From contig OZ024742.1 in the NCBI GenBank assembly GCA_964016885.1, positions 321,098,001 through 321,162,000 on the forward strand: DNA of 64,000 bases. The letters are read 5' to 3'. This DNA comes from Eledone cirrhosa. Lineage: Eukaryota. Within the stretch, counting starts at the first letter, position 1, and each line of letters starts with the position of its first letter. Made by a program: the position numbers and the translations under genes. The notes under the pieces are model-generated. The model worked only from the letters and a program-made list of their open reading frames with translations. It was not told the DNA's origin and ran no database searches. Positions 48,140-60,604 of this stretch are shown here, in pieces.

Positions 48140-50657
48140 GCCAATCACCTAATAACCTACAAATCTGGTGAGCACATAAGCCAGATTGACTTCCTGCTAG
48201 TTAGGCAGCGGGACAGGCAGATAGTGTCTAATACCAAGGCATACCCTGGGGAAGAATGTACCCCACAGCATAGGTTAGTTGTTAGTGATATCTCAGTAAG
48301 CAAGAGATGGAATGAGACATATAGGAAGGTGTGGAGAAGAAAGGTCTGGAAGCTAAAAGACCTTTCACTAAAATTCAAATTTAGGAAAGCCCTTCAAGAT
48401 GTATATGACGAAAAAGAAGACGATTTAGAGACGTATGACATAGATAATAACTGGAAGTTCTTACGTGACAACTTGCTGCAGGCTACTGATGAAACCTGTG
48501 GCTGGAGCAGAGCTCCAACCAGACAGAGAGTGACCTGGTGGTGGAACAGCACAGTAGATAAGGCTATTAGAGACAAAAGACTAGCATGGAAGGCTTGGAA
48601 AAAGGGTGGGAGTAGGGAAGAATATACAGCCACTAAGAGAGAAGCTATACGTCAGGTGTACTTAGCACGCAGGGAGGCAGAGAGTAGGAGGTTTGCCAAT
48701 GTTCTGCGACGGGAAGATCAGAGGCGTGCGGTGTTCCACATTGCAAGGCAGTGTGTCAATGCAAATCAGGATGTTGTTGGAGATAAATGTGTCCGGGATG
48801 ATGCCGGTGTACTTAGTGTCACGAATGACCAGAAAAAGGAGGCCTGGAAATGTCATTATGAGAGACTGATGAATGTGGAGAACGAATGGGAGAGAGAGAA
48901 ATTACCCTTGGTAGATCCGACAGAGGGACCAGCTATTGAGATTGACGAATATAGGGTCCAAGAGGCGATTAGGGAAATGAAAAATGGTAAGGCGGCCGGA
49001 CCATCGGGAATAGTTGCTGAGATGCTGAAGGCATCAGGGGACGTAGGCACTAAACTGGTTGCACGCATCATCAATTAGGCTATATATGGTGGTGTCATAC
49101 CCAAAGACTGGTGCAGCAGTATTCTCATAAATTGCTACAAAGGTAAAGGGGATGCTTTGGAGAGGAGCAATTATAGGGGTATAAAACTGATAGATCAGGT
49201 TATGAAAGTGGCAGAAAGGATTTTAGCACAACTAATTCGAGAAAGGGTCAAACTAGATGAGATGCAGTTTGGTTTTGTGCCTGGGAAGAGTACAACAGAT
49301 GCCCTCTTCTTGGTGAGACAAATGCAAGAGAGGTTCTTAGAGAAGAATAAGCCACTATACTTAGCCTTTGTTGACCTAGAGAAGGCCTTTGATAGGGTAC
49401 CCCGATCTGTCATCTGGTGGTCCCTAAGGAAGCTAGGTGTTGAGGAATGGCTTGTGAGGACAGTGCAAACTTTGTACAGAGGTACTCTCAGTAAAGTCAG
49501 GGTAGGAATGGAGTTTAGTGAGGAATTCCAGATACAAGTAGGAGTACATCAGGGTTCGGTCCTCAGCCCGCTCTTGTTCATTATAGTCCTCCAAGCCATA
49601 ACAGAGGAGTTTAAGACTGGCTGTCCATGGGAACTTCTCTATGCTGACGATCTGGCTCTTATAGCAGAATCAGTAGAGGAGCTAGAGAATAAATTCCGGC
49701 TATGGAAACAGCAGTTGGAAGCAAGAGGACTGAGAGTGAATCTAGCTAAGACAAAAGTGTTGATGAGTAGACAAAAGTGTTGATGAGTAGAAAAGAGGAC
49801 AAAACCCCGATTCCGTCAGGGAAATGGCCATGTTCGATATGCAGAAAAGGGACTGGTATAAATTCTATAAAATGCACACAATGCAGGTCCTGGGTACACA
49901 AGAGATGTAGCGGGATAGCAGGCAAACTAACAGGTAGGGAGAAATATGTATGCAGTAGATGTACAGGGAAATTAGACAGTAGAAGTCGCACTGATAGACA
50001 CATTTTTCAAATGCGAGAGGGCGCTATAGAAGTGGTGGATAGCTTCTGGTACCTAGGACATCAGATTAGCATGGGAGGAGGGTGTTCCGAGCCCATAGTA
50101 TCTAGAATAAGGACGGGTTGGAAGAAGTTTAGGGAGCTGCTTCCTCTGTTGACGAAGAAGGGTTTCTCCCTGCGTACGAAAGGCCGGTTGTATGATGCCT
50201 GTGTGAGGAGCGCGATGCTGCATGGTAGTGAGACATGGGCAGCAACCGCAGAGGATATGCGACGGCTGGAGAGAAATGAGGCAAGCATGCTCCGTTGGAT
50301 GTGCAGTGTAAATGTTCGTGAACGACCCAGCATAAATGTGTTGAGAGAGAAACTGTGTCTGAGAGGGATAGAATGTAGTGTACGGGAGAGGAGACTGAGG
50401 TGGTATGGACATGTGATGCGCATGGAGGATGACCGATGGGTGAAGAAGTGCCAGGAAATGCCAGTTGAAGGAAGACGTGGTAGAGGTAGACCACGAAAAA
50501 CATGGGCGGAGGTGGTGAGAACAGACCTCAGATCATTGAAGCTCACGGTGGAGATGACGAGGGACCGTGACGAGTGGAGAGATGCTGTGCTGAATAAGAC
50601 CCGTCCCACCCTTGCAAGCAGGGAAAAGCGGACGTAAAATGATGATGATGATGATGA
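48140..50657 (+). mobile_element. 5'-truncated RTE-group LINE with a PHD-like finger after the RT core; (GAT)n tail
   Basis: SQIDFLL, PQHRLVV (APE end); QFGF, FVDLEKAFDRV, GVHQGSVLSP, LYADD; CSIC..C..C..WVH..C..C..C; LRWYGHVMR; stop at 49076-49078 and a 20-bp duplication at 49751-49790. Confidence 0.92.
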
Positions 50658-50760
50658 TATACATAATACATTCATACAAACATACATATATATTATACAT
50701 ATATACATAATACATACATACAAACATACATACATATATATTATACATATATACATAATA

Positions 50761-51370
50761 CATGGTGGCTGCCAACTCGTTTCGAGTACGGCCACTACTT
50801 TATATCCATGTAGGAGAACCCCTACTGATGCGCTGAACGAGTGTGACTTTTTAGTCCAGCCAGCGACTTGAAAGCTCTGGTACAAACACTACACTTGTGA
50901 CAATTATTGACACATAGTGCTGGGCCCATGGTACCATGTGACGACAAATGCAGAGAGATCTCCAGATATAAAGCAATGCCTGTGCCGTGAAGCTTTTATA
51001 GTGAGCAAAGGCACTGCACAAAGCCAGTCCCACTCTCTTGACCAAGATGATATTTACCAAAAAGAAGAACAAGTCAACATCATTGGATACCATCAGGGTT
51101 GCAGGTGTTATATCAGAGTTTTCCTTCTCCTAGAATTCTGCCTTGACAAAGGCTAAGGGGTCATCTCTCCCGGTGATTTTGGATGGCCATTGACTCTTAA
51201 GAGCTCCTTTGCCTTTTGACAGGTTTTGTTTTTAGTCCTGCAGGATGTCCAAAGTCACCCTCCTCACCAAGAAACCTTGGTGGGGTTGCCAGTTTAGTCG
51301 CCAACGACCCGACCATGGGACAGGTTGTACTGGAATACATGTTACCAGTAGCACCAACTGGTGACCTGAC
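50761..51370 (-). mobile_element. ~610-bp non-autonomous RTE-derived element (5' UTR joined to zinc-finger 3' end)
   Basis: Minus strand contains GGAGAAGGAAAACTCTGA and [24 protein letters not shown]; 3' end CTCGAAACGAGTTGGCAGCCACCATG resembles 7376-7400. Confidence 0.75.
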
Positions 51371-51448
51371 ATAATACATACATAATACATACATACAAAC
51401 ATACATACATATATATTATACATATATACATAATACATACATATGTAC

Positions 51449-51625
51449 ATGATGGCCGCAAACTCATGTTCGAGCATTGCCATCGCCTGATAAAATGTTC
51501 AAAAATGTGAGGCACGAATGTGGCTCTTTAAACCAACCAAAAACTTGCACCCTCTGGCACATACATGGCAACTGTAGGCTCCTCTGGGACTTTCCACTGC
51601 TTGGTTCTGACTGTGTGTTCTTATA
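51449..51625 (-). mobile_element. 3' fragment of the RTE family at 6195-7400
   Basis: Reverse complement aligns with ~7225-7400 (HIRTH..CHVCARGCK..GLKSH). Confidence 0.85.
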
Positions 51626-51660
51626 TGATATACATACGTACCTACATACATACCTACATA

Positions 51661-52127
51661 CATGATGGCTGCAAACTCTGGTAAGAGTACTGCAATTGCT
51701 TGGAGCATTATAGAGTTTGGTGCACTTTTAGGCTACGGCCAGTCACACAAGCCTGTAACATATCCTGAACAAGCAATGCCTGTGCTATGAAGGTCTTTTA
51801 AGTGGTGAAAGGCCTTCCACTCGACCAATCCCACTCTCTGAGCATCGAAAACACTACTCGAAAAGGAGAACTGGTCAACATCATCGGATGCTTCCGAAGC
51901 CGCAGGTTTTTTTTCAGTTTCCCTCTCCTAGAAAGGTGTTGCGACAACTGGGGGCCTTTCACTCCCAGGTAAAAAAAAGTACTATTTGGATGGCCGTTGA
52001 CTCTGCTGAGTTTCTCCACCCTTTGCCGGGTTTTGTATTTCATCCTGCAGGGTCTCCAAATATCACCCTCCTCACCAAACAAGCTTGGTGGTGTTGCCGG
52101 TTTAGTCGCTAACGACCCGACCATGAG
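51661..52127 (-). mobile_element. Diverged relative of the non-autonomous RTE element (another remnant at ~46950-47205)
   Basis: Shares AAGCAATGCCTGTGC, CCCACTCTC, CCTGCAGG and GTTTAGTCGC.AACGACCCGACCATG. Confidence 0.7.
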
Positions 52128-52180
52128 ACATACATACATACATCCATACATGCATGCATGCATGCATGGATACATACATA

Positions 52181-52548
52181 CATGGTGGCTGCCAACTCAT
52201 TTTCGAGTACGGCCACTACTTTATATCCATGTAGGAGAACCCCTACCGATGCGCTGAACAAGTGTGACTTTTTAGTCCAGCCAGCGTCTTGAAAGTTTTC
52301 CTTCTCCTAGAATTCTGCCTTGACAGAGGCTAAGGGGTCATCTCTCGCAGTGATTTTGGATGGCCATTGACTCTTAAGAGCGCCTTTGCTCTTTGACAGG
52401 TTTTGTTTTTAGTCCTGCAGGATGTCTAAAGTCACCCTCCTCACCACAGAAACCTTGGTGGGGTTGCCAGTTTAGTCGCCAACGACCCGACCATGAGACA
52501 GGTTGTACTGGGATACATGTTACCAATAGCACCAACTGGTGACCTGAC
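52181..52548 (-). mobile_element. Internally deleted copy of the non-autonomous RTE element
   Basis: Matches 50761-51370 but lacks ~240 bp at ~52295. Confidence 0.8.
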
Positions 52549-52603
52549 ATACATACATACATACATACATACATACATACATACATACATACATACATAC
52601 ATA

Positions 52604-53175
52604 CATGGTGGCTGCCAACTCGTTTTTGAGTACGGCCACTACTTTATATCCATGTAGGAGAACCCCTACCGATGCGCTGAACGAGTGTGACATTTTAGTC
52701 CAGCCAGCGACTTGAAAACTCTGGTACAAACACTACACTTGTGACAATTACTGACACATAGTGCTGGGCCCATGGTACTATGTGATGAAAGGTGCAGAGA
52801 AATCTCCAGATATAAAGCAATGCCTGTGCCATGAAAATTTTATAGTGAGCAAAAGCACTGCACAAAGCCAGTCCCACTCTCTTAACCAAGATGATATTTA
52901 CCAAAAAGAAGAACAAGTCAACATCATTGGATACCATCAGGGTTGCAGGTGCTATATCAGAGTTTTCCTTCTCCTAGAATTCTGCCTTGACAAAGGCTAA
53001 GGGGTCATCTCTCCCAGTGATTTTGGATGGCCATTGACTCTTAAGAGCTCCTTTGCCCATTGACAGGTTTTGTTTTTAGTCCTGCAGGATGTCCAAAGTC
53101 ACCCTCCTCACCAAGAAACCTTGGTAGGGTTGCCAGTTTAGTCGCCAACGACCCGACCATGGAACAGGTTGTACA
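52604..53175 (-). mobile_element. Copy of the non-autonomous RTE element
   Basis: Colinear with 50761-51330; (CATA)n on both sides. Confidence 0.85.
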
Positions 53176-53694
53176 TGCATACATACATACATACATACAT
53201 ACATACATACATACATACATACATACATACATACATACATACATACATACATACGTAGCTCTTGAAAGACAATGTAATGGGAGAAGTTAGGCTTGAATGA
53301 TCAATGGTGCGATAATATAATTTACATCGCCTTTTCACCCCAATGGTTATGATGTCATATCTGATATGATATGGATGTGATATGATGTCATGTGACATCA
53401 CATGTGATCACGTAAATGTTAGATGATACGATCAGATACAACGAAGTTAACATACAATATGTCACCTGTTTATATAGTCAGAGACTTTCTGGCACTTTAC
53501 CTGTAACGTCACTCTATCACTTCTACTGTTGAAACTATACCACCACTAGTATGCCCCCCCCCCTATACATTTCTACCACTACCGCCACCACAACACCTAC
53601 CATAACTCCCAAAACCTCCACAACCAACACAAACATCAACACCAATACCACCAAAACAACCATCGCCACCACCAGCACCAAAAGAACCACCACC

Positions 53695-54200
53695 ACCACC
53701 ACCACTACCATAACTCCTTCTCAATACCGTCACCGCCACTTCCACTGCCACCGCCACTTCCACCGCCACCACCACTACCATAACTCCTTCTCAATACCGT
53801 CACCGCCACTTCCACTGCCACCGCCACTTCCACCGCCACCACCACTACCATAACTCCTTCTCAATACCGTCACCGCCACTTCCACTGCCACCGCCACTTC
53901 CACTGCCACCGCCACCTCCACCGCCACCACCACTACCATAACTCCTTCTCAATACCGTCACCGCCACTGCCACTGTCACCGCCACCTCCACCGCCACCAC
54001 CACTACCATAACTCCTTCTCAATACCGTCACCGCCACTGCCACTGTCACCGCCACCTCCACCGCCACCACCACTACCATAACTCCTTCTCAATACCGTCA
54101 CCGCCACTGCCACTGTCACCGCCACCTCCACCGCCACCACCACTACCATAACTCCCCAATACCGTCACCGTCACCGCCACTGCTACCGTCACCGCCACTA
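53695..54200. repeat. 70-bp C-rich minisatellite, about 7 copies
   Basis: TAACTCC(TTCT)CAATACCGTCACCG at 53711, 53781, 53851, 53939, 54009, 54079, 54149. Confidence 0.9.
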
Positions 54201-55220
54201 ACACCGCCACCACCACCACCACCACCACCACCATCACACCACCAACATCAAAACTATCATCATCACCACCAACATCAACACTATCATCACCACCACCACC
54301 ACCACCACCATCATGATCACGACCACCACCACCATCATCATCACCACCAACATCAACACTATCATCACCACCACCATCACCACCACCATCACCACCACCA
54401 CCACCATCATCATCACCACCACCATCAACACTATCATCACCACCACCATCACCACCATCATCACCACCACCACCATCACCACCACCACCACCACCATCAT
54501 CATCACCACCAACATCAACACTATCATCACTGCCACCATCACCACCACCACCACCACCATCATCATCACCACCAACATCAACACTATCATCACCACCACC
54601 ACCATCACCACCACCACCACCATCATCACCACCACCATCAACACTATCATCACCACCACCATCACCACCATCATCACCACCACCATCACCACCACCACCA
54701 CCATCATCATCACCACCAACATCAACACTATCATCACCACCACCATCACCACCACCACCACCACCATCATCATCATCAGCACCAACATCAACACTATCAT
54801 CACCACCACCATCACCACCACCATCCGACCACCACCACCATCATCATCACCACCAACATCAACACTATCATCACCACCACCATCACCACCACCACCACCA
54901 CCACCATCATCATCACCACCAACATCAACACTATCATCACCACCACCATCACCACCACCATCCGACCACCACCACCATCATCATCACCACCAACATCAAC
55001 ACTATCATCACCACCACCATCACCACCACCACCACCACCATCATCATCACCACCAACATCAACACTATCATCACCACCACCATCACCACCACCACCACCA
55101 CCATCATCATCACCAACAACATCAACACTATCATCATCACCATCACCGCCATCATCACCACACACTAGTACTTGTCCATCAGGTTGTCTCTACCGTATTT
55201 GTACAGATTGGAGTTGGTGA

Positions 55221-55312
<92 letters not shown>

Positions 55313-55340
55313 CCACCGCCACCACCAGCAGTAGCAGCAG
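54200..55340. repeat. Compound CAC/CAT trinucleotide array followed by (TAG)n(CAG)n
   Basis: Recurring ACCAACATCAACACTATCATCACC units; pure TAG then CAG runs at 55221-55310. Confidence 0.9.
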
Positions 55341-55535
55341 TGTCATCAGGTACAGAGCTAGACACGGTGTCACCTGTTACGAGAACATTGATTTCATTTC
55401 ATGTCACTCACGTACTATCCCATAATCCTCTCTTTTTAAACCATTCACTCACCCCAACCAGTCACCCCTTCACTATTGTTGACGTCCATATTGGATATAG
55501 ATACCTGAGTGTGTAAATGTGAATTTTTAAAAGTG

Positions 55536-55599
<64 letters not shown>

Positions 55600-55640
55600 A
55601 TATAAAATTAGAATTGGTGCTCTGAAATAGCGATATATAT

Positions 55641-56170
55641 ATGAATGTATATATAGTGTATTTTGCAATACACTGTATGCTTAATTAAAAGCATTTCGAA
55701 GACCTTACGCTATTGTTTTAGAGTAGTGACAGTCTCACTTACTTTAAATTTTCAGCAAACAGGGGAAATAAAGCTGACAGAGCTCTGTTTCGTACTGATT
55801 GGTACTTTCAAAGCCAAGTACTCCACCAGTTTGCTGAAAATCATGAATGTTTGATTCTTATAGAATTCTAGTAATAATCAGGAACTGATTATACAGCAAC
55901 CTACTTAACCGGCAACCGCTCTGTATAATCAGTTCCTGATTATTACTAGAATTATATAAGAATCAAACATTCATGATTTTCAGCAAACAGGTGGAGTACT
56001 TGGCTTTGATAAGTACCAATCAGTACAAAACAGAGCTCTGTCAGCTTTATCTCTCCTGTTTGCTGAAAATTTAAAGTAAGTGAGACTGTCACTACTCTAA
56101 AACAATAGCGTAAGGTCTTCGAAATGCTTTTAATTAAGCATACAGTGTATTGCAAAATACACTATATATA
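55641..56170. repeat. ~250-bp-arm palindrome in (TA)n; each arm carries a decayed HHR (55772-55815 minus, 56002-56046 plus)
   Basis: Arms 55641-55887 / 55921-56170; arm consensus ggct TTGATAA gtac-caatca-gtac GAAA cagagctctg TC agct. Confidence 0.85.
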
Positions 56171-56171
56171 C

Positions 56172-56240
<69 letters not shown>

Positions 56241-56277
56241 ATTAAATAAATGGAAACTATATTTATAAAACCATATT

Positions 56278-56343
56278 TATTTCATTATATATATTTCAGG
56301 GATATCATATTAACAATATGCTATGCCTTCCTCAGACAAAATA
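56278..56343 (-). ncRNA. Type I hammerhead ribozyme (inverted pLTR copy)
   Basis: Reverse complement of 57040-57105. Confidence 0.8.
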
Positions 56344-57039
56344 CAATATAAACAGTTTTATAGATAAATAGATTCGACATACCGTAACAACATCGACTTG
56401 TATTTGAAAAGGTTGATTTGGCAGTGAAAAAATTGTACACAGAGAGAAAGAAAGAGAGAAAAAAGTATTAGTATTTATTTATAAATACTAATACCTCTAC
56501 ATTAAAACATAGGGTTTTTTACGCCTCGCCTATGTCTGGTTATTTTTAAATTTTTTCTCTCTCTATATTTTTTCTCTCTCTATATTTTTTTCTCTCTCTA
56601 TATATTTTTTTCTTTTTCTTTTTCTCTCTCTATATAACAGCTGGTTTCTCTCCATATATCTCCCTTACATTAATACTAGAGCTAAATAAATAAATAAATA
56701 AATAAATGTATCATTGATACGTTTACTCAACAGACGTCCCACTACCTAGTTTTCTATATATATGTATCTATCTCTATTTCCTCTCTCTCTCTATATATAT
56801 ATATCTTTCTGTTTCTTTACATGAAGTTCTTCTCTTTATCTATCTTTCCATCTCTCTATTTTGTTCCATGCATTTCTTCTTTTTCTTCTTTTTCTTCGTT
56901 TTCTGTCTTTCTTTTCTTTTTTTTCTCTCTTTCTTTCTCTCTGTGTACAATTTTTTCACTGCCAAATCAACCTTTTCAAATACAAGTCGATGTTGTTACG
57001 GTATGTCGAATCTATTTATCTATAAAACTGTTTATATTG

Positions 57040-57105
57040 TATTTTGTCTGAGGAAGGCATAGCATATTGTTAATATGATATCCCTGAAATATATATAATG
57101 AAATA
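57040..57105 (+). ncRNA. Type I hammerhead ribozyme
   Basis: tattttgt CTGAGGA aggcatagcatatt-gtt-aatatgatatccct GAAA tatata TA atgaaata. Confidence 0.8.
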
Positions 57106-57248
57106 AATATGGTTTTATAAATATAGTTTCCATTTATTTAATATTGTAAATATACTCCAAATATTTGTCGAGTGCTTTTATATCAGTTATAAATATTTAC
57201 TAGTTGTAACCCAACAATTTAAATATAACTTTCCATATATATATATAT

Positions 57249-57593
57249 GACTCTAATTCTTTTAACTACGTCGGTTCCACATCGACGGAATTTAAACTTC
57301 GCTATAATAACCACAAGAATTCTTTCACAGATCCAAATAAAAAATCTTCAACGGCACTATCAGGTGTACTCTGGCAACTTAAGCTAGATAACGTTAGATA
57401 TTCGACGGCTTGGAATATAGTCTCAAGAGGGATTCCTTTTAATTCATCCTCTGAGACATGTGACCTCTGCGCAGAGGAGATATTCTTTATACTAAAATCT
57501 AAAAATTCCCTTAACCTACGGACAAATTTATTCAGTTGTTGCAAACATAGATTAAACTCAACGTTTAAATATAAATTTAAATTTAAAATGTAG
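57249..57593 (+). pseudogene. PLE GIY-YIG endonuclease C-terminal 114 aa (open frame, no start, 5'-truncated)
   Basis: Hand translation DSNSFNYVGSTSTEFKLRYNNHKNSF..STALSGVLWQLK..WNIV..CDLCAEE..LNLR..SCCKHR..*; YVG, Arg, Glu and Asn at GIY-YIG-like positions. Confidence 0.85.
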
Positions 57594-58786
57594 TATATTT
57601 AGTTTGATTTATATTTATATGAGAACTAGCCGATAAATCTTTTGATTCCTAAATCTTTGATTCCTTCTTTTTACTCTTTTTATTGTTTATTTTATTGTAT
57701 TTATTTTTATTTTTATTTTTATTTTTATTTTTATTTTTATCTAAACATTCCTCATGAAAAATTAAGCTACCCTAAAAGCCGATGCTCCAAATTTTCTGAA
57801 TTAACCTTACACTTGATAAACTTATATATTAAATATAGGAACATATATAGACATTATTGGACATCATAATCTTTTTTTGCGATATTCCTTGCTAGATGTG
57901 ATTTGATAGATAATTTTTGGCTTTGTCTTGTAGTGAACTTGGCAATATATTGTCAATTAACCTTGAAGGGTTGTTCTTTGTGGTTTATTTTTTATTTTCA
58001 TTTTTATTTTTATTTTTATTTTTATTTTTATTTTTATTTTTATTTGTATTTTTATTTTTATTCTTTTAGTATTGTAGTATTCTATAATATTTTTATATTT
58101 TTATTTTTTATTTTATTTTATTTTTATTTTTAATATTTTTATATGTAAATTTTTTTTTTTTTTTATATGTAAATTTTTATTTTTAATATTTTTAATATTT
58201 TTAATATTTTTATATGTAAAGTTTTAATACGTAATATTTTTAATACGTAGTATTTTTAATATGCAATATTTTTATTATGTAATATTCTTTCGTAATATTC
58301 TTTTTTAGTTTTCTATTCTATATTTTTATATTTTTATATATTTTTACTTATTATCATTATTATTGTTATCTCTGCTTATAATATAATATATATTTTCGAT
58401 TAGTATATTGAAATCTGCTCTCTATTTCTGCTTGATAGATAATCTTGTAGAGTAGTCGCAAGAATAGTAATACGCTCAAATGTTTATACCACATTGAGAA
58501 TGTTCTCCGGTAACTTTGAATTTGCGGAGTGAATCAGTTGGATTCACATAGACATATGAATTTTTTTTTTTTAAAAACTAAACATAAGATAATGAATTTT
58601 CACGCATTGTGAATACTTGTTTCATTCAGGAATACTGATATTTACAATATAGTGTAAGTTTTATAAATACTAATACATTAAAACATAGGGTTTTCTACGC
58701 CTCGAATATGTCTGGCTATTTTTAAATTTTTCTCTCTCTATATCTCTCTATATCTCTCTATATCTCCCTTACATTAATACTTGAGC

Positions 58787-58821
<35 letters not shown>

Positions 58822-59186
58822 ATGCATCATTGATACACTTACTCAAAATGACCTCCCACTACCTAATTTTTCTATATCTATATTTATATATGTATCTATC
58901 TCTATTTCCTCTCTCTCTATATATATATATATATCTCTTTCGGTCTCTCTACATGAAGCTCTTCGCTTTATCTATTTTTCCATCTCTCTATTTTGTCCCA
59001 TGCATTTCTTCTTTTTCTTCTTTTTCTTCCTTTTCTTCGTTTTGTCTTTCTTTCTTTCTTATTTCCCTCTTTTCTCTCTCTCTTTCTTTCTCTCTGTGTT
59101 TTCACTGCTAGAGTGAACCTCTTCAAATGAAGTTGATGTTTATTACGGTATGTCGAATATATTTATCTATAAAACTGTTTATATTG

Positions 59187-59252
59187 TATTTTGTCTGATG
59201 AAGGCATAGCATATTGTTAATATGATATCCCCGAAATATATATAATGAAATA
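59187..59252 (+). ncRNA. Type I hammerhead ribozyme
   Basis: tattttgt CTGATGA aggcatagcatatt-gtt-aatatgatatcccc GAAA tatata TA atgaaata. Confidence 0.8.
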
Positions 59253-59328
59253 AATATGGTTTTATAAATATAGTTTTCCATTTATTTAATATTGTATATT
59301 TATATATATATATTTATATACATATATA

Positions 59329-60586
59329 CAGGGGTTGGACAAAATAATGGAAACACCTTAAAATTTCAAACAAATTTATTTTAATATGGGGTAGGACCGC
59401 CTTTGGCAGTAATTACAGGTTGAATTCTACGACATATGGACTCGTACAAAGTTTGAATTGTTTCCAAAGGAATGTTTGTCCATTCTGCAGCTAAAACAGT
59501 CTCCAGTTCTTGTAGTGATGATGGTGGAGGATATCGACTCCTTACTTGTTTTTCTAAATTGCACCATAAATGTTAAATAATATTGAGATCTGGGGATTGT
59601 AGTGGCCAGATAAGATGTTCAACTTCACTAGAATGTTCCTCGTGCCATTCAGTAACAAATTTAGCTGTGTGAATTGGTGCATTATCATCCTGAAAGATTG
59701 CGTTTCCCTACGGAAAAAGTTCCGCAACAATAGGCTGAATTTGATCAGATAAAATGCTTAAATAGTCTTGACTATTAATTCTGCCATGAAGGGAAACCTT
59801 TGGGCTGGCGGATCTGCAAGATATAGCCCCCCCCCCCTCCCCGATCATCACAGATCCTCCTCCATGTTTAGCAGTCTGGGTCAAATGCCTCTTTTGGCTG
59901 TCTCCACACATATACTCAGCCGGTGGTCGAAAATAAGGTAAAGGATGACTCGTCCGAGAAAATAACATTCTTCCACTGCTCTAGGTTCCAATTCTATTGG
60001 TTTTTACTCCACTCTAAACGCTTTGCAACGTTTGCTTTTGAAAGTAGTGGTTTTCTGATTGCACCCTCCCGTGAAATCTGGCTTTGTGCAGCTCCCGGCG
60101 AACAGTTTTTGTGGAAACTGGGTTCTCGAGGAGGTCATTAAGCTCTGCAGTAATTTTGGGAGCTGTACTTTTGTGATCCTTTCTAACAATTCGCGTAAGA
60201 GTCCGATGACCTTATCTGAAAGTTTTGGTTTTCTTCCGGAGTTTTGTTTCGACGAGGAGGTTTTTCCCTCTTTCTCAAAGGCTGTCATTACTTTCGAGAC
60301 AGTCTTTCTCGATACACCAAACATTTCGGCTGTTCTCGTTACGCTAGCGCCTGCCATACGAGCACCAACAATTTGACCTCTTTGAAAGTCCGATAGATCT
60401 GTCATTTTAATGAATTTTAATTAACTTTTCCTGATGATATCTGAAAAGAAAGAGAAACTTTAACAAAACATATTAAGCAACACTAATAATAAATAAAAAA
60501 ACATAAAAATAAACAAGCTTTTGATGGTTTTATAGATATTTCAAAATTACGATGCTAGGTGTTTCCATTATTTTGTCCAACCCCTG
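59329..60586 (-). mobile_element. Tc1-family DNA transposon, 1258 bp
   Basis: Perfect 30-bp TIRs CAGGGGTTGGACAAAATAATGGAAACACCT; TA on both flanks. Confidence 0.95.
59381..60405 (-). pseudogene. Tc1 DDE transposase, frameshifted
   Basis: MTDLSDFQRGQIVG HTH, GRKPKL, FSDES, KHGGGSVM, FQDDNAPIHT, WPLQSPDLNIIEHLW, GGPTPY*. Confidence 0.92.
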
Positions 60587-60604
60587 TATATATGTATGTA
60601 TATG

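Larger units (their letters stand above)
56236..59297 (+). mobile_element. Penelope-like retroelement remnant: inverted pLTR, pLTR with tail, 5'-truncated GIY-YIG, 3' UTR and pLTR
   Basis: 56236-56463 inverted to 56920-57148; 56478-57148 directly repeated at 58660-59297; three HHRs; GIY-YIG frame 57249-57593; (TA)n at all junctions. Confidence 0.85.

Noticed and set aside
54234-55516. 370-aa Thr/His/Ser-rich ORF and antisense Val/Met-rich ORFs
   Set aside because: Trinucleotide-repeat translations open in several frames; no domain or splice evidence.
55990-56000. GGAGTACT as another tail motif
   Set aside because: Lies upstream of the HHR rather than near the 3' end and has no ACTC partner.
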